From Selaginella moellendorffii (Eukaryota; Plantae; Lycopodiophyta): a stretch of DNA of 64,000 nt. The notes beneath the pieces were generated by a model, which searched no databases, was not told the DNA's origin, and worked only from the letters and a program-made list of their open reading frames with translations. The stretch covers positions 1,938,494-2,002,493 of the forward strand of contig NW_003314268.1 in assembly GCF_000143415.4 (NCBI RefSeq), in the 5' to 3' direction. Position 1 is the stretch's first letter; each line of letters begins with the position of its first letter. This document shows positions 12,218-23,720 of this stretch, one piece after another. The translations under genes were made by a program, and so were the position numbers.

Positions 12218-13026
12218 TACTGCAAGATAGGAATAAAGCGGGTAGGTAGAGAACAAAAATAAGTGCCCATTCCATAGCCAGGAGAAAAAGCTATTTTGAT
12301 TCACTAAGATCAAGGTACAGTTCAGTATAGTACTTTTTTCTTTTATAATTACAAAACTTTTTAAACTCTTACAGATTTGAAAACTCATGGCCTCTGTTGT
12401 GGCAAGAAACTGTGCTGTTGGGATCCAAGGCAGTCCTCCTACAAACACCAGATAAAGTAATAATAGCACTAATAATAAATATTCACCTATAGCCAGCAAA
12501 GAAGTAATGGACGACAATGAAGATTTGAAGCTTGGCAAGCTCGTCGGACCCATATCTCGTTACCCATTATACTTTTAGCATTGACCATTGAGCGTCATAT
12601 ACCAAAAGAAGGAAAACAAGAAGAAAAAGAAGGGCAGAACATCGTGAAGAAGAAGAAAAAGCAAAAATCTTAAGAAACAGAACAAAGTGAAAGCTTGGAA
12701 ATGGAATAGAAAATGCGGCCTACAGACATATGTCCTTTCAGAACCTTTCTTTAGTTGGCTGAATTTTCCTATTTCTTGTGCAGAGGTTCAACTTTGTCAA
12801 ACTATGAGCGCTAGCTTCCCTGGATTTGGATGATGTCAAAGGATTTCTTAAGCATGGAAACACTCATTAGAGGCAGCAGACACGGTTTGTGACGGCTTAA
12901 CCTGGACTATAAGAGCCTTGTATCAGTGACCCACTTCATCACGGAACGACTCTCATCTTCAGATCATCGATTACTGCCAAGAAAATTCGAGGAGGAAGAA
13001 GACATGCCAAGCTGCAATACCTGAGG

Positions 13027-13600
13027 ATGGGAAGTTGGAGAGGGAACATTTTGGTTTTGCTTCTGCTGTCTCTGAGCTAGTGTTTTGGATCATGATGAGA
13101 GTGGAGGATACAAGAATGGCTACCACAGTTACTCGAGATCCTGTCCTCAAGCCAAGAGAATCATCAGGGACACTCTGAGCAAGCACACCGATTGGGACAG
13201 GACGATACCAGCAGGAGTTCTTCGCTTGCACTTCCACGACTGTTTCATCGACAGGAGTAGCTTTGCAAGATTTAAATTCTTGTCTTCTAACTTTGCTGTT
13301 CTTCAGGACTGTGATGGATCGGTTCTTCTCGACTGATGGAAGTAAAGTGTAAAAGTTGTCCCTTCCAAGCCTCATGTCTGCCAAGAGCTTCATTTTTGTC
13401 CTGGTGTTGTCTCCTGCGCTGACACTCTTGCCATAGCTGCCAGAGATTCAACCGTCATGGTAAGTTTAGCATCTTTTATCAAGTTCTAAGATGGAGAGAA
13501 AAGTATTACCAAGTCCCAACTGGATGCTACGACGGAAGAGTTTCCATCCAGGAAAACAGCAACACCTTACAATCTCCGTTTGGGGATGCATCAGCTCTCA
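13027..13600 (+). pseudogene. Class III peroxidase 5' fragment, copy 2
   Basis: RSCPQAKRII..PAGVLRLHFHDCF / DCDGSVLLD / PGVVSCADTLAIAARDS. Confidence 0.85.
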
Positions 13601-14139
13601 TTAAAAACACTGGATATTTCAATTGGCTCCAAAACTGTAAAACAGTTGTAAATCACAAAATTTGTGAACCAGCCAGTTCTCGCCTCTATAGGATGATCCT
13701 TTTGACAGCAGAATAGTACGCAATGGCCAACTCAATCCAGGGCACTGGAATTTGAAGACATTGCAGCCAATTCTTGGAGATCTTCCCCATCTACAAGAAC
13801 AAACAATGGAGGCTGAAGTGGAATCCAGTGAAGTTTACCTTCCATGTACCAACTTATAGCATGGCAGGAGCGTCCCGCAGCCAAGTCGTGGTGTAGGCGT
13901 ACTTCATCATGAGATTGAGCAGTGGCCGCTCCATCACCTGCTCTTGATTCGACACAAACACATCCAGCCGAAACCAGAGTCACTCGTGGGACTCGATGTC
14001 TGTGACACAGGAACGCCACCTGTTTACTCCTCCCATTTTCTCCTTGGCCTCGTTCTGGATGAAGGCCCGGTCCTCGAGGATGGCAGCATCCATGCTCTTT
14101 TTGCAGCGATGCTCCTCTCGCCCCATGTTTGCCCCAATC

Positions 14140-14355
14140 TGCCCGATCGCCCTAAAAAATTTCACTTGATTTGGAGCGTCATTAAAATCACATTGAAGCG
14201 TTGCCACCCCTTTGGCACTTGATCTATGCCATTTATTTCAAGTTTTTGAATTTGAACCGTTAGATTATAAGTATATTCAGAAATAATATTCTAAAAATGG
14301 AATAAAAGACGCCGGATGCCATATGCCAATAGCACGTTTAAATAAGGGAGTATGA
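14140..14355 (-). mobile_element. Helitron 5' terminus (a|TCATACTCCCTTATTTAAACG...)
   Basis: Begins with TC preceded by A on the minus strand. The ~210 bp block is duplicated at 42400-42613. Confidence 0.65.
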
Positions 14356-14981
14356 TGATGATTAGCCATCCATTCAAAAATTCCTACATTCTCTCATAAT
14401 CCCCCTCCCCATGTTAAATTGGACTTAAGTTTTAGCTACATTCTCCACATGCATAAGCAGTCAAGCACACCAAACCTTTAAGTTCTCAACATCCTATCGT
14501 ACAATAAAACTTGATCATCAAACCCTCTAAATCCCAAACCTTAAGTGCATCTCTTACTTTGGGACCCTAAAAGGAAACACCATGGCTAAACAGTCTGGTA
14601 TGGGTACTCCTACTCCCCCACTCCTTCCCAAAAGGAAAGCCCAAGCCCCTAAAAAGGAGCAAAGACTAATGAGTTATATGGTACTCAAATGAAGCACCAT
14701 TTCACATGAGCCAAAAGCACTATAGTCAGTTTCCCTTTCAAGAGTAGGAGCTACTCTTGAGCACTTCCTTAAGAGGCCTCTCTTGCACCCCCAAAATCCA
14801 TGCTCATTTCCACCCAAGGCCACTACTCGGTTTAGAAGCACTATTGAAGAATTCCTTCAAGACTAGGTTCTTATCCTCATTATCCATACTATACTTTTGG
14901 AACACCCTTTAATGCCTCCCATAGGAAATGATCACTTTGGGTTTTCACCCCACAATCTATATTAGTATTCAAACTTAGTAT

Positions 14982-15075
14982 CAGACTTGATCTTGGATCT
15001 CAGACTCAGTCTTGGACTTGGTCTCAAACTCGGTCTCAAAGTCAATCTTGGACTCGATTTTGGACTCAGTCTCAT
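14982..15075. repeat. Degenerate 6/12-bp tandem repeat (ggactc/agtctc-like)
   Basis: Periodic sequence that yields the SPRL/ETES-type low-complexity translations. Confidence 0.55.
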
Positions 15076-15089
15076 CTTTCTAGCCAATC

Positions 15090-15240
15090 TATAGCTACTC
15101 AAGCCAAGATGATTCGTGATGGTATCCATAACATCTGTATGCCTCTCAAACTTCTCAAGAATGTCTAATCTCATAAATCCCAGCCCAAAGCTTGTGACTT
15201 GATGCATGAAGTCCAGCAAGCTTCAATCATGATTGGTTTG
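15090..15240 (-). pseudogene. Phosphoenolpyruvate carboxylase internal fragment
   Basis: [40 protein letters not shown] matches the plant PEPC segment LLDFLRQVSTFGL..RHTDV. Confidence 0.8.
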
Positions 15241-16144
15241 TCATCTGTAGAGTAGAGAAAGAGATAACAAACCTCCAGAGGCTGCAATATGATCAGCAAG
15301 GTGGGAAAAGCTTATATATTTTTCTAGGCAATCCATAGCATACCTTTACTTGGAATGCCTTAACTCTACAATCTTCTCTAAGCACTTGCTGATTGTGCAA
15401 ATTTCTTTGTTTGTAGTCTATTAGAAATGGCTCATAAAAGGAAATGAGATGATCATGTGTGATGCAAAGAACTCCTTTTGCATCTCGAAGAATATATGCC
15501 ACAGTAAACCCATGCTTTGTCTTGTCCATGTCATCTGTTGCTATGCAAACGTTGAAAGAATTTTGTTTGTTTACGCAATTTCCCCTATAATCACCAGAAA
15601 TGAAAATAAAATCAATGCAAGACAAACTAATGATCATTCCTCATACAGACCCTTCGATAAAGAAAACATGGATAACTCCAAACTTGCCAATAGTAACACA
15701 TTTGGCTTCGAGCCCTTCTTCTCAAGATAGAACTTCCTGGTCGATTGCAGCCATCTAGAACATAGATTTCTTCCATTTCTTCAAGTACCTGTACAGTTCC
15801 TTCATGCAGTACCTATAGTCACAAAGACTCCAAATATTTTGAACCTGTCATACAACAACACTGTATTTGTTTATTGAGAAAAGAAATACCTTATCCTTCA
15901 TATGGATGTGGGATCTGGTGACGAAAAAATCTTCCACTGTTTTGGAGAAGCATTTCTTGACCATCACCAGCCTAGCAGTTTCAGTGAATGGCTAGAGCTT
16001 GATTAGTGGTAAGTGTGGCATCGTCACTACCACTAAAGAGCTGGAGAAACAACAAAGCAGTACGTTGATTCTCCTTTGATATTATCCTTACTAGCAAATG
16101 ATGCAAAGCAATGTTGGAAAACCAACACTGATCAACTCATCTTT

Positions 16145-16261
16145 TGTTAGGCACCAAGTCAAGACAATAGGATAAAGAAAGGGCCTTGCAATCAAGTGAT
16201 CACCCCTTTAGCCAGTTGGCTTAGGGTGTAAGGGATAGGATCCTAACATTGGTATTGGAGC
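16145..16261 (+). mobile_element. Orphan 104-bp LTR (TGTTAGG...CCTAACA) followed by a Met-tRNA-type PBS
   Basis: 7-bp terminal inverted ends at 16145-16248 and TGGTATTGGAGC at 16250-16261. No partner LTR was seen. Confidence 0.55.
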
Positions 16262-16693
16262 CCAGTTTGATTCTCATAATTGATGAGTGGGGAAAAAATA
16301 TTTTGAAGGAGTATTCAACATGATGGATCTAGAGGGAGAACCAATCTTTAGTAGACCCTAAGAGAAGGACCATGGTGACTGGAGCCTAACATCTTTAAAA
16401 GAGGAATCTAGAACCAGGAGCTTCCTCCCCGGCATTTGGCAAAAAATCTTAGCACCACAAAAGGCATTCTTTTGCAAAAACTGCTTACCAAATTGAGTGC
16501 CTCGACAAGATCTAGCTGCACTTACTTCCTGAATTCAAGTGAGAGCGACAAGAATCTAGATGCAAGTGTGGAATCGACCTCAATCTGATGAGATTGGTCG
16601 GCACATTCTCACCAAACTACACCATCGCGATTGATCGATTGGCTTGTCACCTATAGAGCAAAGAGAGCAATAACAGACCTCTAGAGGCTGCAG

Positions 16694-19600
16694 TGACACG
16701 AACCATGGCAATATTCTGAGAATATTCCATGGCCTGTGGGATTTAAGGCTGTAACGCCTTAAGGGTTGGGAGTTTGGCCTAGGGTTCGCTCTCTTGTTTG
16801 TTTCATTGGTATTGGAGCAGCACGTTCTTTTAGGGATGGCAAGTGAGCAAGATATTGATCCTGATGAGGAGTATTGCGTTAGTGATGATAGCCATGACGA
16901 TGCGGAAGAGACTCTTGATGATGTCGTTGTGCAGCAGGGACGCCAGATTTCTAAGGTTCAAAGCGACATAAAGGAGGTTAAGGATTCCATCAATCTCATT
17001 AAGGATTCCTTGCTTCGCATGAACCCTCAAGGGTTGAATCAATCTTATGTCCGTGATTACCTTTGGTACGTCAAGCATGCCAAGGATTATAGTATCGTGG
17101 AATGGAAATGATCACCGGATGTTTGTGATAGTCAAGAGGTTGATTCTTGGTTGGAATTGTGTGAAAGTTGTTGGTCTCACAATCCTTGTGAGGATAAGGT
17201 GAAGATAGATTTCTTTGTGACGAAGCTTATGGGCCATGCGTCTTCGTGGTGGAAGAACTACATCAAAGCTAATCCGAAGCCGACTTCTTAGACTGATTTG
17301 ACAAAAGTTTTCCACGCTTCGTTTGTCAAGAAGTTTGAAGAGGTTGATCTTGTGAATCAATTGTTAAAGATCCGGCAGGGGACTTTGTCTTTGGATGCAT
17401 ATGCCCGCAAGTTCCATGATCTTTGCCTTAGTCTCACAAGCACCTATAATGAGCTGCTAAAGGTGCAATGTTTCATCAAAGGATTGAGCTCGGTGGATGT
17501 GCAGCAAAAGGTCAAGAAGGATTTCCCAACAACATTGACTGATACTATCACTAAAGCTCAGATCTTTTCGCCCGAACCGTCAGTCAACTTGGTCAACTCT
17601 GGTCAACAAGATGGTCTACAGAGTACTCAACGTGATGACCAACTCACCAATGCTTCATATTTAGGGAAGAAACAGCCGTTGTTCTGTTATGGCTTGAAGC
17701 ATGAAGATGGTAGTGAGGCTAAGAAACTTCATTTGGACCAGCGAGAGAAGGACAAGGCAGAGGGCAATTGTTTTCGTTGCCATAGAGCTGGACATCAGAG
17801 CAAAAATTGTTCTGAAGGGGTCAATGAATAATAAGGTGACTGTGGTGGAAATTATAGGCAATGATGTGAGTGATAGTGCTTTTGGGGCCATATTGCTTCA
17901 AGTTGGGCATCCTCTTGCGTACATGAGCCATAAGTTTGATGCCACACAGCGGAATTGGCCTACTCGAGACAAGGAGTTGTATGCTATGATTGCTACTGTG
18001 AAGGAATGGTGACATTATCTATAAGGATTGGACTTCCATGTGGATTCAGACCATCAATCTCTCCAATATTTCAGTCACCAAAAAGATCTTCGAGGCCGTC
18101 TTGCTCATTGGCAAGAGTTCCTGCAGGAAATGTCTGTTAAGATCCGGTACAAGCATGGAGGTGACAATAAGGTGGCTAATGCGTTATCCAGGATGGTAAA
18201 TTCTATCTCGTTCATGAAGCTATCCAGCGATCTCTTGGATGAGCTTAAGGAGTTTGCTGACTTCGACTCCTTTATCACTGATATTCGCACAAAGGTTTTG
18301 TTGAGGGACGCCTCTACGGATTTGAAGGGTGACAAGTTTGTGTCATTCAAAATACGAGATGGAATTCTGGTGAAGAAGGGACGTGTAGTGGTTCCTCGTG
18401 TTGATAAACTCATCAAAAGGATTTTGGTTGAGTGTCATGATGTGCCAAGTGCTGGGCATTCGGGGGTATTGAGAACGTATATGTTGGTGAAGAGGCATTT
18501 CTTTTGGCCTGGGATGAAGTCAGATGTTGAGAAGTATGTACATGGTTGTTTGACCTACCAGGCGGTCAAAGTTGATCATCAGAAGCTCGCTAGCCTCTAT
18601 CATCCTTTACGTGTACCCAAGAATAAGTGGGATAACATCTTGATGGACTTTATCACTGGTTTTCCCAAAACCTTTTGAGGAAATGATGCTATTTGGGTTG
18701 TTGTGGATTGTTTGACGAAGATGGCTCACTTCTTCCCTGTGAAGACAACGATAAAAGCTTCTGAACTTGCTCAGTTGTATGTAGACCGGTTATTCAATCT
18801 CTATGGTTTGCCGGGTGACATTGTGAGTGATCAGGATCCTAAGTTCACATCCAAGTTTTGGCAAACAGTCTTTGAGAAACTAGAGACTAAATTGAGCATG
18901 AGTAATGGTGAGCATCCACAATCTGATGGGCAGACAAAGCGCATGAATCAGCTATTAGAAGATATGCTATGGTCTTTTGTGGGAAACTTAACTCGACAGG
19001 GAGTATGGGAGAAATACTTGCCTTTACTTCAGTTTGCTCACAATAGCACTCATCAATCTGCTATTGGCATGTCTCCTTTTATGGCAATGTATGGCTATGA
19101 GCCTAGGTCTCCTGTGAGTTTGAATTTGGCTTTGGTTCGGGTTCCTCATGCTTGTGATTTCCTGGAGGATATGCAAGACAAGCTTGAGTTGGCAAAATTA
19201 AACATGAGGCAAGCTCAAGAACGAGACAAAAGATTGGCTAATGAGCATCGTCGTCATCAAGAGTACAAAGTTGGTGACAAGGTTTTCCTTAAGCTGTTGG
19301 ATGCACAATGGTCTCTAAAAGGAGGTGGCAGTGCTAAGTTGTCTCCACGGTATTGTGGACCTTGGACAATTTTACAGTGTGTAGGGGATCTTGCATACAC
19401 TTTGGACTTGCCAATTAGTTCGAAGATTCATCCAACGTTCCATGTGAGCAAGCTTAAAGCGTGTTTGCACTCTGGTGATATCGTGGATCAGTCCATCATC
19501 CAGGTTCCAGAGATTGATGCAGAGAAGGCTGGTCCAGCCAATATTCTTGCTCAAAGATTGGTGAAAACATGCCGGAAAACAACTAGGGAGTTGTTAATTC

Positions 19601-20075
19601 AGTGGAATGGTTATTCCATGGACGAAGCTACATGGGAAACTGAGGATGACGTGAAGAGAGTGTTTCCGAGTTTTGGTTATGACTTGGATGACATTCCTAA
19701 GGAAGGGGAGAATTGAGTTCTATAGCCGTATTGCTATATGATTTGAGCCGTTTGTTCTATTCTCATTCTCTTGTTTCCATGACCGTATTATCATGTGAGA
19801 AAGCTGTATTGCTTTCTTTCTTTCGTGGCCGTTTGTTGCGATGTTAGTGTTGCCGTTTGCACATCTTTTCTCCATGGCCGTATTGCCTTAGACTCCCTTC
19901 ATGTGAGGCTCATTTAGCTTCTCGAGGCTGCCATATGTGGCTGGGTCATGAGGGAGGGGAGAATGACACAAACCATGGGAATATTCCGAGAATATTTTAT
20001 GGCCTGTGGGATTTAAGGCTGTAACGCCTTAAGGGTTGGGAGGTTGGCCTAGGGTTCACTCTCTTGTTCGTTTCA
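16694..20075 (+). mobile_element. Ty3/gypsy chromovirus-type LTR retrotransposon, non-autonomous (PR and RT missing)
   Basis: LTRs at 16694-16805 and 19964-20075 (112 bp, TG..CA, 8 differences). TSD TGCAG at 16689-93 and 20076-80, PBS at 16807-18, PPT at 19950-63. It encodes gag with a CCHC knuckle (CFRCHRAGHQSKNC), partial RNase H, and integrase with a GPY/F-like RYCGPW motif and chromodomain (LIQWNGYSMDEATWE). Several premature stops. Confidence 0.95.
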
Positions 20076-20319
20076 TGCAGTATGATGAGCAAGGTGAGAA
20101 AAACATATTTTTTTCCAGGCAATCCACAGTGTACCTCAACTCAGAATGCCTGTAGAAAAGTGAACTCTCTGTGAAGTGGGAAAGAGTAAAAAGAGGCCAG
20201 ATTAGTCCAGTTGGTGACACTCAGATAAAATGGAGAGTGCATTTGGAGCACAAATGGAGTGGACAATTGCATTGGAACCCATAAAAATGTAGCCCTAAAC
20301 TCATAATAACCACCTCAAC

Positions 20320-20440
20320 CATTTTTTGCCATGTGTACACAGCCAAGCAATTCAAAGAAAATAAGAATCTAGATTGAATATGTTGCCCTTGCTCTTTTAA
20401 ATATAAAACTAGCAAGGAATCCAGCTCTGCTGGAATAGAT
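20320..20440 (-). mobile_element. Helitron 3' terminus (CTAG 20409-12, hairpin 20420-34) joined to a type B 5' module
   Basis: The minus strand reads TCCAGC-aga-GCTGGA ttccttg CTAG|TTTTATATTTAAAAGAGCAAGGG. The flank is shared with 26000-26086. Confidence 0.75.
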
Positions 20441-20832
20441 AGGACATCTGTTATACAGGTGACATGAATCCTAAAGAATTAGTTGTTTTTTTTCATCATC
20501 CAGTAGTGATGATGTATATCTTTCAAATCGTTTGTCTGAAATTCATAATGTCATTTTAGTGTAGAGATTGATAGTTATACCTTGGAGATCATCAATATCC
20601 ACAAATACTTTTTATGACAATGGAACATTGTCTTTGTATATACCCTTTCTTTTCATTGGTAAAAAAGTAATATAAGTAGATGGTCCCTCATATCCCTGTA
20701 TAGGAAGTTATTAAAGAAATTTAAAATTATAGAAAGGATTCTAATAAGAATCTTTTATGTATAACTTGCAAGATGGCAGGGTCAGGAAGGAATCTCTTGT
20801 ATTCTTTCATGGTCTAAATGTTTCTTTTTTTA

Positions 20833-21150
20833 GATCCTCGAGGAACTTCGAGCAGAAGGTGTTCCAGATTATTTGACTCCTCACAAAGTAAGTTCCTGAA
20901 TGTTCTTTCCTTGCTGCTCTACAATTACCTAGCATGCTAGGTGAAAGTCTTCAAGAATTCACCATCAACCATCCAGCCTTGAGCATGCTACTACCAACTC
21001 TAAAGCCATATACAGTTGGCCAGCTTCTATCTTTGTATGATCACTAGGTCATGGTGCAAGGATTTATCTGGGGAATCAACTACAGATACATTTATCATAT
21101 ATAAATTCATACATATATTTCTTTGATCAATGGGGTATGAACTCAGCAAT
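20833..21150 (+). pseudogene. Glucose-6-phosphate isomerase C-terminal fragment
   Basis: Reads ELRAEGVPDYLTPHK | [37 protein letters not shown][AT-rich insertion]FDQWG. Confidence 0.85.
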
Positions 21151-21509
21151 GTAAAGTTGGTTAAACCTTGGTTAGGGAGATTGCCATTTCCTTAGCTCAC
21201 AAGCCATCTTGACCATTCTTTTTCTTCTAGGTTCACTTGCATGTATGGAATGAGAACTTTAGGAATTTAGACTATATTGGTGAGGATTTGACACTATTTT
21301 GAATGATTTGTGTGTAGCAAGCTCTTTTAAGAACAGGTAAGGTTTCCCTAAAGTTTCCCCCTGCCACCAAATGTGATACCACTCAAATTTCATGACCAAA
21401 ACCACTTACAAACATTAGTAAACATTAAATAATAAGTAAATAATTAAATAATAATAAATTTTAATTAAATAAATAAATAAATAAAAATAAAAATTCATAT
21501 ATAGTTATA

Positions 21510-21532
21510 CATATACATACACACACACACAC

Positions 21533-21577
<45 letters not shown>

Positions 21578-21592
21578 TACATATACATATAC
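21510..21592. repeat. (CA)/(TA) compound microsatellite
   Basis: Seen directly. Confidence 0.85.
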
Positions 21593-21699
21593 AAGCACCT
21601 GTATAATACACTTGTAAGTCTGTGAAAGCAGTTTACTGGATCACTGAAAGAGATGTCCTCTCTGCACCAAACAAGATAAGCCACTTTACATTTACTTCA

Positions 21700-21961
21700 T
21701 TCTCCTGTAAATCTGATAGCTCAGATCTCCATGGAACAAAACAGGCAGCTCCTCCCTGAAAGTCTTGATGGCATAGCCTACATTGACATGGTAATCCAGA
21801 CTTCCTGCCTTGCTATTTGCTACTAACGGATCCTCTACTTTGCTATTCAGCTTGGTCGAGAGATTGCAATAATGCACTTGAAGAGGTTGCTTGAATCTAT
21901 CTCTGCTGCTATATGCCAAGCTCGGCACTACCTCTAACGGAAGCAGCTCACTACACACCAC
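21700..21961 (-). pseudogene. DUF2358-family (SnoaL-like) gene fragment
   Basis: DYHVNVGYAIKTFREELPVLFHGDLSYQIYR resembles the recalled motif YYVNxGYAIRTLREExPxLF..L.FDIYR. Confidence 0.6.
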
Positions 21962-22769
21962 CTTGTCAAGTTCGCTGCAGACTGAATATTGTCTTCCTCA
22001 GTCAAGCTGATTTCTTCCAGTTCCTCATGCCAAACAATGGTATGGCACTCTTAAGTTTGAGGTAAAAAGCTTTCACATATTGTTTGTAGCCAAATTGAAT
22101 GCATTTTCATGTGCAATGGCTCAGTGATAACAAGCTGGATCCCATTCTAGAGTCACTGGCCAAGCTACCTTGGTTGACTTGCACAGGCTTAACCTCAGCG
22201 AGTCCATCTATCCACTTGCAAGTTCTCAGTGTTGAGAGTAGCGAGCCAAGTGGCAGTGACTGAAGAGGTGAGTTTTCTATTTTTTATGCTTTTAGCTCCC
22301 CGGCAAACATCTGTATTCTCTTTTCTTCTTCTCTAAATTACTGACAACCTTGCTTGGAATGTATTACAGTCATACACATTGGAGATTAAGTTTCTTGAAG
22401 CTCTCTGATGCTTCAAACAAAAGGCAAGCACTGCCACCATCAAGCATACATGACAATTGGCTTCATGAAGATGATGGCTAGGTTTATGAGTTTTGCAATT
22501 GTCAATTATGCNNNNNNNNNNNNNNNNNNNNNNNNNNNNNNNNNNNNNNNNNNNNNNNNNNNNNNNNNNNNNNNNNNNNNNNNNNNNNNNNNNNNNNNNN
22601 NNNNNNNNNNNNNNNNNNNNNNNNNNNNNNNNNNNNNNNNNNNNNNNNNNNNNNNNNNNNNNNNNNNNNNNNNNNNNNNNNNNNNNNNNNNNNNNNNNNN
22701 NNNNNNNNNNNNNNNNNNNNNNNNNNNNNNNNNNNNNNNNNNNNNNNNNNNNNNNNNNNNNNNNNNTCA

Positions 22770-23720
22770 TTGGTGGGGGCAATGATTCTAGCAAAGAAGG
22801 CTCTGGAAGAAGCTTATATTACGAAGCAGATGATCTGTTTTCAGACCTCTTGAAAGATGAAAATGAAGGCTTAGCATTAACAAGAAGTGACTATATCACT
22901 TTTAAGGTTACAAAGGTCCATTTTGCAGGAACATCATTGGTTGTATCCTGGAATGAAGGCTACGTTGGAAGCAGCAATGGGGTACATGCTCTAAAATTTA
23001 AACCACAGCTTTTGCAAGTCTATTTCGACGTTGCATTGCAAGATATGAGCCATTGTAAGTTCCAAACCTTTGCATTTAATCCGCTGCTCTTTGTATGTTT
23101 AGCACTACTCTGTGCTCTTTTACCTATGGTCTTCTTCAGAATCAATGCCATGTTTCCGGATAAGACATTTTCAATCGAGGTAAGCAAGATTAGTTTACTC
23201 ATAAGCTAACTCATGTCTTAAATCAGGTCCAACAAACGTGTTGTCAGTTTGTGCACACTTTCTTCAAGAAATCTCCTCAATTCATTGCTCTTTTGAAGGT
23301 AAGCCTTTCTTATCTATTTGATGATGTCATCCCAAAAGAAGTAAAAACATTGCAGAAGCCCATCACCAGTCAACCTCAAACAAGTGACAGTAAAGTTCAC
23401 AATGTTTGAGTGTTAAACTTCTATCACATTTACTAGACTGAGCTTCCTTTGCAACTATGCTGAGTTGTTGGAGACCATGGGGGTGGTGGTACTTGTTTCA
23501 AGGATGGTGTAAGAGAGCTCTTTGAAACTCTGGAGTTGGTTCTCTACAAAAACCTCTCCTTATGGTAATTGAAGTTTCTCACTGTTTATGTTGTGTCTAA
23601 TCTTCACAAACATCCAGGCATAAAACTTCTGCCATCCCGGCCCAGTCCCGGCTGCTATTTTTTGTCATAACCACCATAGCAAAGCTTGCAACGTGCCATC
23701 GAGAGCTCTTGCCTAGAGCT
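22770..23720 (+). pseudogene. Multi-exon host gene fragment of unidentified family
   Basis: A series of 40-60 nt GT-AG introns separates short coding-like exons (e.g. VTKVHFAGTSLVVSWNEGY, VVGDHGGGGTCFKDG), with a stop in one exon. Confidence 0.45.

Noticed and set aside
14380-14960. Possible minus-strand LTR retroelement remnant (purine tract GGGGAGGGGG near 14401-14410)
   Set aside because: No recognisable domain or paired LTR could be confirmed.
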